NCBI RefSeq assembly: GCF_001194135.2
Contig: NC_068981.1
Span: 91,702,801 to 91,749,879, forward strand
DNA: 47,079 nt
Origin: Octopus bimaculoides
Lineage: Eukaryota
Direction: 5' to 3'
Below the pieces are notes generated by a model, which had not been told where the DNA came from, did not search any database, and saw nothing but the letters and a program-made list of their open reading frames with translations. Positions 1-13,332 of this stretch are shown here, piece after piece; position 1 is the first letter of the stretch; each line of letters opens with the position of its first letter. The position numbers and the translations under genes are program-made.

Positions 1-174
1 ATGTAAATAACATTATTAATTTTAGATTAACAACATTTCTTCGATAAGTTATGATTTTATTTTAAGAAATACTGTTAAAATGTTTTTCGATTATTTATTA
101 ATTTATTGTTAAAGCAAGTATTTTTTATATATTTATTTGATATTTATTATAAGTTACAATACGTACATTGATTA

Positions 175-175
<1 letters not shown>

Positions 176-252
<77 letters not shown>
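176..252. repeat. (ATT)n microsatellite
   Basis: Uninterrupted ATT run of about 25 units. Confidence 0.97.
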
Positions 253-254
<2 letters not shown>

Positions 255-422
255 ATATTATTTTAGCCTGACGAGTGGCTCTATTTTTGAATAGATTTAA
301 TATTTTTGAATAGATTTAATGTTTGCCGAACCACAAAGTTACGGTTACTTAAACACACCAAAGTCGATTTTTGAGTGGTGGTGGCGATAAGACAATCACA
401 GGCATAAACAGACAGACAGACT

Positions 423-485
<63 letters not shown>

Positions 486-649
486 ATAGATACGGTGAGG
501 TTTTTTCTGTTTACCGAATTCACTTACAAGCTTTCGATCGGCCTGCGGCTATAGTACAAGACACTTGTCCAAGATGCTACGCAATCGGACTGAAACTTGT
601 ACTATATGGTTGGAAAGTAAGCTTCTTACTACACAGCCACACTTGCACC
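423..649 (-). mobile_element. tRNA-derived SINE with CORE-like segment and (TG)n tail (octopus OR-type)
   Basis: Minus strand reads GGTGCAAGTGTGGCTGTGTAGTAAG (A box), AAGTTTCAGTCC (degenerate B box), CTTGGACAAGTGTCTT (CORE-like), then (TG)n at 423-483. The family name comes from my recollection of CORE-SINEs and was not searched. Confidence 0.8.
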
Positions 650-773
650 TGTAAATTCTTGGTTCACAGATATTCTCGATCAGGCTTGAAATGATGCTAA
701 AGAACTACAGCATCAAAATCAAGATAGGAGAATATTAGATTTATAAGCGCTAAATGTCACTCCATAATTGCCC

Positions 774-968
774 GCAGCCATACGGCGTAGTGGCTAAGAG
801 CGCGGGCTACTAACCACAAGATTCCGAGTTCGATTTTAGGCATAGAAAAATACCTTAGGAATTAGAACCCAAAACACCTGATGAAGGCTGGAGGGTATAT
901 CATCCGAAACGTTCTGTTAACAACAAACAAGATGAGGACAAATATCCGCCAATTGTAAATAATGTAAA
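774..968 (+). mobile_element. tRNA-Arg-derived short element with hammerhead-containing 3' part
   Basis: A box CGGCGTAGTGG (783-793) and B box GAGTTCGATT (826-835). AAGATTCCGAGTTCGATTTTAGGC resembles the tRNA-Arg 3' half AAGATTCCAGGTTCGACTCCTGGC. A hammerhead core follows at 873-918, and the element ends in TGTAAATAATGTAAA. Confidence 0.75.
873..918 (+). ncRNA. Minimal type I hammerhead ribozyme motif, Penelope-type, degenerate copy
   Basis: Stem I AACAC (873-877), CTGATGA (878-884), extra A, stem II GGCTG (886-890)/CATCC (901-905), GAAA (906-909), palindromic ACGT stem III, U913 at the cleavage position, stem I' CTGTT (914-918). There is one mismatch each in stems I and II. Confidence 0.7.
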
Positions 969-2015
969 CAACGAACAAAAGCAGACATTACCAACTTTTA
1001 CAAACATCAGCATCAATACCACGAAATTTCGCAAAATAGTTTATGTTGTCACAAAAAGTAAAGGATACATACAAGTGAGTACACGCAATTTCAGAAATAG
1101 CGTTTTAGGTTAGTTGGGTTTATGTTAGCCGGGTTTAATGTACTGAAGATAATAGCAACTCCTTTCAAAATAAAAACAAAAATCTAACAGTCCAGTTTTT
1201 ACGGATAGTATTGATCACTTGACTTTGAAAAGAAGTGAAAAAGATGAAAATAATAAACAAATAAAAGGACTGGAAGTACTGATTTAAATTTAGTCTATCT
1301 GAACCACGTTTGATAGTCTGAAATACTTTAAAGATTACACACTATAGATTCCATTACAGTGAACAAACTGAACCAAACAATTTGGATTCAGAGCAAAATC
1401 ATGTTTCTTTTCCTATTTTATTTTTAGAAAACATTAATCAAAAGAATGGCCAAAAAATTCTTTACATTCTAAATCAACCTTTATTCAACGAGCGCTTAAT
1501 TATAGCGTCTTTATCTATTTCCCACCAGTTCATCGTTTCAAGCAATGTTAATATGAATACGAAAATATCCGCTTTGAGGCTATAAAAGCTATGGTTTTCA
1601 ATGTTTAAGCAAATCATTCATAGCTAGAATCAAATATTCCGTCGTATGTAACAGAATCTATTTACTTTCAAATAAAGAGTGAGGCTGCTTTTTCAAACTC
1701 TAAACATATTGAAATGAGTTCACAATATGATGTATATAAAACCGAAATGTTTCAGCGTATTGCTTGAAGTCATTTTATGCTGATAACAGCAGGAATATTC
1801 TATATTCAGCATTCCGCACATAACCAAAGTAGTTGCTCTACTAGAGATCCGAAATATAAAATTGTACGTCAAGATGAAAACGCTCTATGTAAAATCATAA
1901 ATTACGGTATTCATATATATACACACATTAACAAATACGGACTGTGAATTAAACAGCAAAAAAACCTGCAGTGAAAAACAAGCGCACCAAATACATATTC
2001 GTATAAATGTATGTA

Positions 2016-2056
<41 letters not shown>

Positions 2057-2120
2057 NNNNNNNNNNNNNNNNNNNNNNNNNNNNNNNNNNNNNNNNNNNN
2101 NNNNNNNNNNNNNNNNNNNN

Positions 2121-2156
<36 letters not shown>

Positions 2157-2169
2157 CAAAAGACATTAA

Positions 2170-2647
<478 letters not shown>

Positions 2648-3084
2648 GAAAAGGAAGCAATTGACAACGTAAGTTTCGAGAAAATTTCATCGATGTTTCG
2701 GGCTTTGGGCAGAGCGCTCAACGATCCATAATAACACTACATTTAATGCTGTGTCAGACAGTTTTCGTCGTACGAAAGTAAACCACACCATCAAACAAGA
2801 GTGTACACAAGGAAATCCTGAATATGTAGACGGAGTTTCATGTTTCAGCTGCAAAATAATTTGCACAGATAATGAAATGGAATATTCGACAAGATGGCGT
2901 TCCGAGGATAGTTTTTTTCCTCTTGCGTAAGCACAAGAATAGGTTCATTTAAAAAATATTGCAAACAGACAATTTCATAATTTTTTGGTGTGTATAACAT
3001 TCCTATTAGATCCTATGTTATTCTAAAAACACACACTTACTCACATGTGTTTACATATATGTCTTAAACCCTTTCTGATCACCT

Positions 3085-3672
3085 CCCATGAGGGTGTCCT
3101 CAGAACTAGAAACCAGAAAATTGAGCTCGTTCTATAGAGAACGTTTGACCTCAGCCCTCTGGACTACTGTTCTCAACTGCGATCAACCCACAGTGTCAAA
3201 TTAAGAGCAAACGGTTCAGGAAGGTTTTATCTACACCCAGGAGCAAAGACGAGTGAGATATAGGTTGGCACTAATCTTTGGAACCAATCTTTGGAATCGA
3301 GACCAATACCAGCCCCCGAACTGGAATTCACGGCACCGTTCCAATGACCCCAGTTATCCTGTCTAGAGTGAATACCATATACTGCAATAGCTTGGAGTCC
3401 AAGGCCCACGGCTATTTAATATCTTATCTTATCATAACATCTACATGGAGACGGGGTCGGAGTAGATGTTTTCAAGAACAACAAGGTATCCGATAAACCT
3501 ACTCCACGGCGAAAACTTAAAATAAGGCCTCAATATCGAAATTTCTCCTTCAAAATTCAATTTACGAAAAAATGGTTATTGAAAAAGGTGATAACACTGG
3601 CAGTGTCCCAACATGGCCACAGCCTTTGAGCTGAAAAGCATTAAAGAGTAAAAGAATAAAAGAATAAAAGAA
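3085..3672 (+). mobile_element. 5'-truncated, decayed CR1/Jockey-group LINE (RT C-terminus, 3' UTR, tail)
   Basis: Frameshifted motifs in the expected order: LDYCSQL (cf. LEYCSQLWSP), IYTQEQRRVRY (cf. LYSLERRRERY), RTGIH, QGPRLFNIL, GVDVFK. Ends CATGGCCACAGCCTTTGAGCTGAAA plus (AAAAGAAT)n. Confidence 0.8.
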
Positions 3673-4144
3673 AAACAACAAACATAAACATACATATATA
3701 CATACTCACGAACATGCACACACGAACACGTTCACACACAAATACATGCACACACACAAATACACGCACACAAATGCACATACATATATGAGAATAACTT
3801 TAAACACAATTCTGAGAATCATCTGGAATATTAATTGAATAATTTATTCAATTCCTTTTTACAATCTGCTTCATTCGCATTAATGTTAATACATAACCCT
3901 CTTATCACCTAGCATCTCCATAATACTTGTTCTGTGATTATATTTACTATATTCGTAAATAATATATATCTGAATCTTTATATTTTAGTTTGTATGTCTA
4001 TTGATTCATGTAACGCATAAGCGAAATTCCAGTAATCTGATATGGTGTACATGTGTTTATACCTGTGCATCCGTTTGCATATGCATACGTGTAAATGTAT
4101 AAACAAAAATACAATTCATTCTCTCAGGAATATGTTTATGAAGC

Positions 4145-4307
4145 ATATATATAATACATACATATATATACATACACATACACATGGATATATATATATA
4201 TACATACATACATATACATATATATATATACATACATATATATTCATATATATATACATATATACATATATATACATACATATATACATACATACATATA
4301 TATATAC

Positions 4308-4356
<49 letters not shown>

Positions 4357-4950
4357 CATACATATATATATACACACATGCATATATACATACATATATA
4401 TANNNNNNNNNNNNNNNNNNNNNNNNNNNNNNNNNNNNNNNNNNNNNNNNNNNNNNNNNNNNNNNNNNNNNNNNNNNNNNNNNNNNNNNNNNNNNNNNNN
4501 NNNNNNNNNNNNNNNNNNNNNNNNNNNNNNNNNNNNNNNNNNNNNNNNNNNNNNNNNNNNNNNNNNNNNNNNNNNNNNNNNNNNNNNNNNNNNNNNNNNN
4601 NNNNNNNNNNNNNNNNNNNNNNNNNNNNNNNNNNNNNNNNNNNNNNNNNNNNNNNNNNNNNNNNNNNNNNNNNNNNNNNNNNNNNNNNNNNNNNNNNNNN
4701 NNNNNNNNNNNNNNNNNNNNNNNNNNNNNNNNNNNNNNNNNNNNNNNNNNNNNNNNNNNNNNNNNNNNNNNNNNNNNNNNNNNNNNNNNNNNNNNNNNNN
4801 NNNNNNNNNNNNNNNNNNNNNNNNNNNNNNNNNNNNNNNNNNNNNNNNNNNNNNNNNNNNNNNNNNNNNNNNNNNNNNNNNNNNNNNNNNNNNNNNNNNN
4901 NNNNNNNNNNNNNNNNTATATATGTAAATATATGTGTGTGTGTTTGTGTG
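4145..4950. repeat. (TA)n/(TACA)n low-complexity array with assembly gap 4403-4916
   Basis: Seen directly; this is the source of the YIYI/HIYI pseudo-ORFs. Confidence 0.95.
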
Positions 4951-5762
4951 CTAAGTTAGAACGATATGAACAAACGTCATTGACATCTTTACTAATATAG
5001 CAGGATTGGCAAAATAATAGAATATTTTTTGTCGTATTTAATTATTTGCGTCCTCCTTTAAACATGGGGGAACATTTGATCTGGGAGACATATTGTGATT
5101 TAAGATTACACACATGAAATGTCCTTATAGAAACTAGACGCTGATTTAGAGAAAAAGACCAGAAAATGATAAAGTAGTAATATTACAGAAAAAAAAAACA
5201 AAGATTAAGAGGGCAAACAAAATTGGTGAAAACAGTAAAAAGAAAGACGTAAGTATATTTTCCTGTCTGGCTAGAGTGAAAAGACAGAATGAGAGAAAGA
5301 AAGACTAAAAGAATGTTTTAAAGTGAGTATTATGATAATGATGCAGAAGAATAATTGTAATTGATTGTGAGAATACGACAGATGTTTAAAATAATAAAAA
5401 AAAAACCTGGAAACGGCTATTAGATGAAAATTTGGCCACATTAGTTATGAGGTTTTCCCACTAAGTGTAATGTAGAAGGGGAGAAATTATGTCGTTTTTT
5501 TTTCTTTTATAATTGCATTGAATGATCAAAAAGAAATGCAAACAAGAAATGAAAAACGTGTGCGTAGATTAGTGACAGTATAGTATTTTCTCATTATATT
5601 ATCCGATTTAGGAAAGGTGTAATTTTATAAGCAGACGCGAGCGTGCGCACACCAAAACGCCTATATACTTACGTACATGAATATATATGCTTATACCTGT
5701 GTATATACAAGCTTACATATTCGTATACATAGCCAGTATACTTAAAATCAACGATTTTTATA

Positions 5763-5773
5763 CATGCTTATAT

Positions 5774-5812
<39 letters not shown>

Positions 5813-5847
5813 NNNNNNNNNNCATATATGCATATATATCTACGTAC

Positions 5848-5918
<71 letters not shown>

Positions 5919-5945
5919 TATATACGTATATATATATATGCATGT
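5763..5945. repeat. Compound (TA)n/(CA)n microsatellite with small gap
   Basis: Seen directly. Confidence 0.95.
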
Positions 5946-6675
5946 ATATCTGTGTGTATGTATTTGTGCTCTTATGTTTGTGGATATGCGAATACATGTG
6001 TGTTATGATGTTACTAATATTGAGAAAAGTTACTAAGATAATGACAAACACTATTTCGACAGGGAACGAACAAAAGAAGAGATTTAATTTTGTGTAAGCT
6101 GCTTTATTCTATTGCGGTTTTAATACCGTAAATAATAAAGGCAGATTCATACTTTGTAAAGGTAAACAATGAAAACAGCTTTGAAAACAATACAACATTC
6201 CTAATTTGCTCATCGCTTTCAGAAACTTTTGATACGAACGAACTTTTGAAATGATAAACAAAATGAATTAGGAAGATTTTCTGATTTTCATTTACAATAA
6301 TTATCACTTTCTTCTTACTGCCGCCGCACAAATATGATTTTCTTCATTATGTTCTCCGAAAGTGTTAAACGTTGTGGTTGCACAATGCGCTTGAAGCACC
6401 ATTAATACTATGACGGGGTGTGTAAGTCTACGATAATCGATTCTGAAAAGATTTTACTTTTTTTTCCCTCTTTATGTAGACACACACGACTAAATTATAG
6501 TTTCGGAGGGGACTGTAACAAATATTATTAGCGAACCCGCTTTTCTAAAATTCACACACTCAGGTGTCATGCAGCCAAATAAACAGAAACCCAAATGATT
6601 TCCAACAGAGCTACTTAAATACTTAACCACACAGTTATATTCGCATTTGTGTGTGTTTGTGTGATGCTGCATATT

Positions 6676-6863
6676 TACGAGGAGGTGCAGAAAATTTCCT
6701 GGCTTTAAGGGCGTCACGAAAACCCTGGTAGGAGACTCAAACTTCCGAGTTCTTTTACAGGGCTTAGGCAAACTGATGGACCGCTGCTCTAAGTGTGTAC
6801 ATCTGAGAGGGAAATACGTTGAATAAAATCACAATTAACTTGTCCTCCTGTATTTTGTTTTAC
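6676..6863 (+). mobile_element. Mariner-derived MITE / deletion derivative, right TIR missing
   Basis: Starts TA-CGAGGAGGTGCAGAAAATTTCCTGGCTTT. Encodes only the mariner C-terminus LQGLGKLMDRCSKCVHLRGKYVE* (cf. GI.KL..RW.KC...G.YVE). Confidence 0.7.
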
Positions 6864-7035
6864 GTATCTCTTATCTTTTACTTGTTTGACTGTATTTATT
6901 CTGGGCCAAACGAATCAACCCCAAAACTTATTTTTTTAAGCCTTGTACTTATTTTATCGGTGGTGGTGGACAAACACAGGCACAAAGATACACATGTATA
7001 CACGCACACGCACGCACACTCACACACACACACAT

Positions 7036-7616
7036 ATAATAATTGATGACGGAAACGGAAATAGATTTAGCACTAGTCTTCATTCATTACCACAATCGTT
7101 TCGACCCATCCTGCGACTGTCAGTTATGGGTAGGATATTGTGCATCTAATTGTGTTGCATCAATCTGTGCAGTTTATGTCACATCAGGTACATACATAAA
7201 CGCTAGATATATTGAATTTTCCTAGGGATGTTATTTCTGCCTGCTCGGTTTCATTTATAATTGGCATATGGGGCTAGCTACAGTTGTCAGTGAATATATA
7301 ACATATTAAAATCATGCAATCAAAATATGGAGAGTCTGTACGTCTATATATATGTTTATGTCCAAGAGCGTAGACTCCTACTCCTTAATCTTGATGTAAT
7401 CTTTCTTTGACAGTTGTGTGTGTCTGCACATTTATGTGAGTGTGTGTGAGTGTGCGGGAGTGCACGTCCCTCCCCGTTAACCTGAATATAATCTTTCTTT
7501 GAGAGGTTGTACTCTCTTTATCCCACCCATAACGGGTAGTTGCAGGATGGATCAAAAAATCGTCCTATTGAATGAAGACTAGTGCCAAATCTTCCGTTTC
7601 ATTCATCTAGTATTAT
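7036..7616. mobile_element. MITE-like element with ~100 bp terminal inverted repeats
   Basis: 7036-7137 is an imperfect reverse complement of 7519-7616 (shared core GCACTAGTCTTCATTCA...CCATCCTGC...GTTATGGGT). No clear TSD. Confidence 0.75.
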
Positions 7617-7768
7617 CTCTACCAACGAGGAATTTCTTTCTGGGGTAGGCCCAGAGGAAATATATGTCAACTGTGAATGACACCAGATCACCGAAACTGT
7701 GAATGTGCTTTACTCAACATACTAGTTGACATATACCTATTAGTCCCCCAAAATTACACATGCGCGCG

Positions 7769-7890
<122 letters not shown>

Positions 7891-9143
7891 TAAAGAGATG
7901 TGTGTATAAGATCATGTATATTATAGTGGGAAATGTGTGTGTTTATTGATACTGAGAATAGAATATGTTTGTGTGTGTATTGTTATTGTCACTTAAAGAT
8001 TCTTATTACGCAACCCATCCTCAGAGGTGTTATTGTGAGATCAATTTTGAAAGAACGTAAATTTATCGTTAACTTAAAGGGTGCTGTTTCTTGTACCGTT
8101 TCAGTAATTCTATTCCGAAGCTCATACTATATGCGGCAGCTTTATAAAGGTCTATTTCGCCATTACAGTTTATCAGTTGAAAATTCGTTTTTGACATATT
8201 TGGTTATTAGCGTCGTTATTGTTTAAATTTTGTTTTGAATTTCCATTTGATGCCAATTGTTTATGACAATTCTCAAATATCATATTACCTTGCTGTTTAT
8301 AATGTATGCTCAACCAAAAGAGACCCTACAGAAATTTCTTACTTTCCGTACATATAGATCTTGAAGTTTTCATTGTTTTTGCGTATATTATTGCTATATA
8401 GTGAGGTTTTACTCGTTAGTTAAATTTTCATACTTGATGTTATCCACCATTTATGCTAATCCACCCACGAAAATAATAAACGACAAGACAAATTTTGACT
8501 CATAATATACTTTAATCCAGTCACAACTCAACGGAATTCGAGAATGCCACGGCTAATATTGTTTTAATAGATGTACGATATATAATAAACGAGGGTTTCA
8601 TATTTGTTTCAATTAATATAATGAGCTTGAGATATCGAAGTTCTCTTATCGATAAAGCGAGTTGGATATTATAATTTATCAGCTGGAAAATATGTCTGTT
8701 TGCCGCAACTAAAACAGATGTACGGTTGAACATATGATCAAAGAATAGAAAAGTATATTTCTTATACTATATCAACGGCGAAAATAAGTTTTTGCAATTT
8801 TATTCGTCTACAATTATCTACTGATCTATTCAATTTAAATATATGATAGAACAGTTCTTCGTACACAACGAGGTTTTACTGAAATACTGATGTCTCTTGA
8901 AATGTAATACCTTGGATTCAGTGGATAATTAATATCGCGCTGCACAGATAACTAATTACGAGGCCTGCGTCTCAAGTGCAACTGTTCGAAACTGTCGTGA
9001 CTTCTTGTATTTGAATGAGTAAAGTATGTCACGTATGACCCGTCTCTTTTGCCTGATTTTCTAATTCTTGTTTCTCTTGTCCGCCTTTGTATCGTATATG
9101 TCTCCGAATGTTTCATTGTCCTCTAATGCGTTTTTGTTCCATT

Positions 9144-9147
<4 letters not shown>

Positions 9148-9215
<68 letters not shown>

Positions 9216-9610
9216 NNNNNNNNNNNNNNNNNNNNNNNNNNNNNNNNNNNNNNNNNNNNNNNNNNNNNNNNNNNNNNNNNNNNNNNNNNNNNNNNNNNNN
9301 NNNNNNNNNNNNNNNNNNNNNNNNNNNNNNNNNNNNNNNNNNNNNNNNNNNNNNNNNNNNNNNNNNNNNNNNNNNNNNNNNNNNNNNNNNNNNNNNNNNN
9401 NNNNNNNNNNNNNNNNNNNNNNNNNNNNNNNNNNNNNNNNNNNNNNNNNNNNNNNNNNNNNNNNNNNNNNNNNNNNNNNNNNNNNNNNNNNNNNNNNNNN
9501 NNNNNNNNNNNNNNNNNNNNNNNNNNNNNNNNNNNNNNNNNNNNNNNNNNNNNNNNNNNNNNNNNNNNNNNNNNNNNNNNNNNNNATATATATATATATA
9601 TATATATATA
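9148..9610. repeat. (CA)n, gap 9216-9586, (TA)n
   Basis: Seen directly. Confidence 0.95.
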
Positions 9611-11149
9611 CTTTCCTATTTTTTTATTTGCTGATGGATACACAAAGAAAAAAACACGATGACATAATATTACCTGATCAACATACACAAGCAATTCGAA
9701 ATACATAGAAACATCATACGGAAATCACACACGTTTTTATTGAAGTTCTTTCACGAATCAGTTTTAGCTATTTAATATTTTGATCTTAGCAGATTTATTA
9801 TTTGGTAAGAGCTTTTGATACAGCACAACGCCATTAATAATATATTTCTCTCAACAGAGCCTTGCAAGACTGTAAATGGAAGTAACTCTAATCATTTTAT
9901 GTAGTTTCAGGTTACCATCGAAGAAACTTTTCCTTGCGTTGACCATTGTGCAAAGTCTACCATGTGAAACTTATTCCTCTCTAGGCTATTGGTTATTGCT
10001 GATGATCGTTGGAACGTGGAATATAGGAAATATCTAAAATAGAATGTTCCAAACAAGAATTGCGCTTATATTGCGAAGCAAGATTTACTGCTAGATTATC
10101 GTAACTAGTTAAAAGTTGCAAACTGATTGTAAAACTTTCTGTAATTGTAAATCACTAATGTAATATATGAATTTAATTGTAGCCATAAACTATTATAACT
10201 ACTCAATATAATTTGGTGTCTTTGGAATACGGATACCATGTTACCTCGCTGCTTAACTATTCAGTTAAGACATAAAATTCATATAGAAATACATATACTA
10301 TTCAATACAAAATAAAGCTAAACAAACAAAAATATCCAGTTGTATTTTATATCCCTCTAGTTTATGTAATATATATTGCAACTATCCAGAATAAGTAATA
10401 TATTCTTTACTCTAAATCCAATAGTATACGGATCAATAAATACACTATAGTCAATTTATCTTTATAAAACCACAAGCAAAATTGTATTCTTCCAATTCTT
10501 CCATCTCAAACAAGATCAATAAATGAATAAATATATAAGTGAAATTATAATTCATGTATACTTTTTCTTTTGCTTCAATTCGCCATTATCGCTGAAATGA
10601 AAATGTCCATTTTTAGAATTTCCTAGAAATCTAGTTGTTGGCATTTGAATTGTCAAAGAATTGCATTTTTGCATTCATGTTGTAAATCAAATGTATATAA
10701 ATAACTGCAACTATTACTGTCGTTGAACTTTTGCGCGTCAGCAACTTTCTTCTCTATGCATTTGTTGGAATGCTAATTGGAATTCTCTCGAAAATTCGTG
10801 TATTTCTTTCCTACTTGTGTGGTTTGTATTGAGTGCTTATAAAACACGTAATTAATCATTTTTTAAGGCAGGCTGATGCATGATATGAATGTCATTTATT
10901 TGAATAAGGAACAAAAAAGAACATGAAGGGGATTGATTATGATATCTACAGTACATGCCGGCTATTTGTTGACAAAATGTAAGCATCAATCAATTTGCAT
11001 TCCAACTTAGCATGCGCCATATGTTGACTTTTCCATCATAATTTTGATTTTCATTTTTCGTAAGGAAGTATCTTACTTGAGAGGGAATCCAAACTTACAT
11101 ATCGCTTTATCGTCAGTCAAAGATTCTTAGAAAGTGTGCTTCGTGTTCA

Positions 11150-11600
11150 GGGTAGGGAAAGAGATCGAGGGCTCTAGCAGAGGTGCATTCTCCATGAGTG
11201 GGGATTAATATATTCAAAGATGATAATGGGTTGATAAGGGCCTTCACCAAGCTGACAGGAGTACTGGAGTCTATAAGACGAGCGAGCAATGAAATAGAAG
11301 TCCTGAGTAAGACTGAATAGAAATAAATGCTTTGTGCTCAAAACTTCTGCTGATCCAGTTTCACTTTTGCGCGAAGTGTTTTATACTTGATTTCTAATGT
11401 GGATAACTTTATTCAGAAACAGAAGTAGACATAAATAGTGACTGGAGGTTGTGTGCAGATCCTCCAGATATGTACACAATGATGCCACCACCTCTCCTTC
11501 GTCTTCAACAGACATGATCAACGTGGTCCATTACACGCCCTCTCACTTCTTCCGGCAGGACCTTAGGAACTGCGAAATCGTCTGAATTAGCTGTTCAAGA
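11150..11600 (-). mobile_element. Decayed LINE APE endonuclease fragment
   Basis: Minus strand 11467-11519 reads DHVC*RRRRGGGIIVYI, matching the APE motif R.DR..R.GGGV.IY. Boundaries are approximate. Confidence 0.45.
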
Positions 11601-11710
11601 AATGGGGATACCAATGTTTACACATTTTCCTAGCACTGTTTCATTCAAATTCAGATATGATTCACTCTTGAGTTTTGGATATTTTTCACATCCTTACATT
11701 AATGATTTAC

Positions 11711-12003
11711 TGTTGTGTGGACGCCCCCAGGCGATAAGTAGGCTAGTCCAATACGTATAAATAGCTAAACGAAAAGTGTCGTCGAGCAGAGCAGAAGAGC
11801 GGAAGAGCGAGATGGAGCCGTCGGTAGACTAGACGTCGAGCTCGGCAGAGTCGAGTCGTTTGAAGGGAGAGTTGAGTAGAGGTCATCCACACGTGCGATA
11901 TAACATTTACACGCTGATATACCTCTAAGTTGCTCATATGTAGTATTTTGATCCGCTAAATTGGTGGATATATCTCTCCCAGATCGCCCCGTATCCTCTT
12001 ACA
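11711..12003 (+). mobile_element. Probable solo LTR (293 bp)
   Basis: Starts TGT and ends ACA; contains TATAAATAG at about 11756 followed by a purine-rich tract; markedly CpG-rich compared with flanks. No TSD, PBS or PPT found. Confidence 0.5.
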
Positions 12004-12989
12004 AATGTGCAAAATCTGATGCAAGTTTCCTACCTGCAGTATAAAAATTGTGCTTGCACAGATATAATATCTTAGATGAGACCTCTAATCTTCAACTATA
12101 GAACAGTAAGAGAAAAAATAAAAAAAATAAAATTATAAATAAAAGCAGCAAAACGTGTCAGTGTTTGGTAGGCAATAAAAAAAATGTAACCACTATTGCA
12201 TTGGACACATCCAACCGCCTTCCAAATAAATATGCACACAAATAATATGATACGAATGCGTAGTACTCATTATATGTAGCGGTACCCATTCGTTTGAGGT
12301 GACAATTCTATCAGTCACTACTAGCAAAATGTTTCTCACGTTACAGATTTGTTCAAGCTACAATAAAATTAAAACAGAAACTTGACTTAACTTATGTTAA
12401 ATTGGGCGAAAGACTTTCCTACTTAAAAGTTTTCATCGATTATCTTTGTTCAGATGAAATTTCATGTGTACTTTTAAGACGGAATATGCAACGACGCACA
12501 CTAACACTCTCTTATGTCGTTTGCGTGTGTGACAGGTTGTCTGTAGAAATGATCAATTTACATGTCAGTTGTGTAGAGTAGGGAGAATTATTACTATGAG
12601 GAAATTAGCTGTTGGCTGTTGGCTGTTGTCCGACAACTCACACTGTGGATGTATTGATAGGAAAATTACAGATATAACAAAATTACTCTTTTCTCCTGTA
12701 AAGGAAGCAAAAATTATCTATTTTCATTTCTTTGATTTATATCATAGAAATATGATTCTCAGCTAGATATAATGCACATCTTATGATCAGCTGGGTACTT
12801 GTGTGATAGGTGCATCAAAACTTAAAACGGTAGCAATGTGAAACGTGATGCTACTGTCTGCATGTTTGAATATGTGTTGGGATTAGGAGATATATTATAT
12901 TTTGGATTCCGAAATAATGTGTGTGCTCTATAGGTCTTGTTTGAATGTTCTTTATATATGCCTATATATATGCATATATGTGCACTTTA

Positions 12990-13258
12990 GTCGAATAGTG
13001 AAACCTCGAGAATCCAGGTTGAATTTCAGAGTGTGGAATTTGGGCAAATGCCATTTTCAAAAGTGGCGGGTGACCAATAGGTTGTGACTGAACCTGTATT
13101 GAGGGAAAGCTGTATATGAGTCCATCGGATGGATTGCACCTGTCATGCAAAAGAAGGTACAGCCTTGCTTTACACTGTGTCCCGCTGATTATACTAGATC
13201 ATTTGGTTAAGGGCGCATCTGACTATGAAATACTCAGTGACTGAAACATTAATTCAGA
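12990..13258 (+). mobile_element. Old tRNA/CORE-like SINE with a 3' module shared with the 27245 family
   Basis: TTTGGGCAAATGCC resembles the CORE segment of the 423-649 family. 13150-13258 (GGTACAGCCTTG...CGCTGA...GTTAAGGG...CTCAG...TTAATT) aligns by eye with 27458-27555. Confidence 0.5.
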
Positions 13259-13332
13259 AACAGGAATTTCGGTCATTTGAACACAAGAATACTGATTCTC
13301 AAGCGATTGAGATCCACCAACTCAATAAGTAT

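Noticed and set aside
774-842. Functional tRNA gene
   Set aside because: The acceptor and T stems do not pair properly, the anticodon arm is degenerate and there is no T-run terminator. It is better explained as a SINE head.
4042-4959. Long ORFs rich in Y/I/H/T, and similar ones at 9068, 16636, 23887, 36686 and 40177
   Set aside because: They are translations of microsatellites and N-gaps.
6310-6440. Minus-strand open segment IDYRRLTHPV...HICAAA with a GTAAGA donor
   Set aside because: The pyrimidine tract is short and the peptide is unrecognisable, so it cannot be separated from chance. The 51-nt candidate near 8345-8395 was rejected for the same reason.
9995-10045. CTGATGA...GAAA hammerhead-like spacing
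   Set aside because: Stem II would need a 2-nt loop, and there is no stem I or III.
9900-11100. Possible hAT transposase relic (QNYDGK on the minus strand)
   Set aside because: Only one weak motif, with no TIR, TSD or further ordered motifs.
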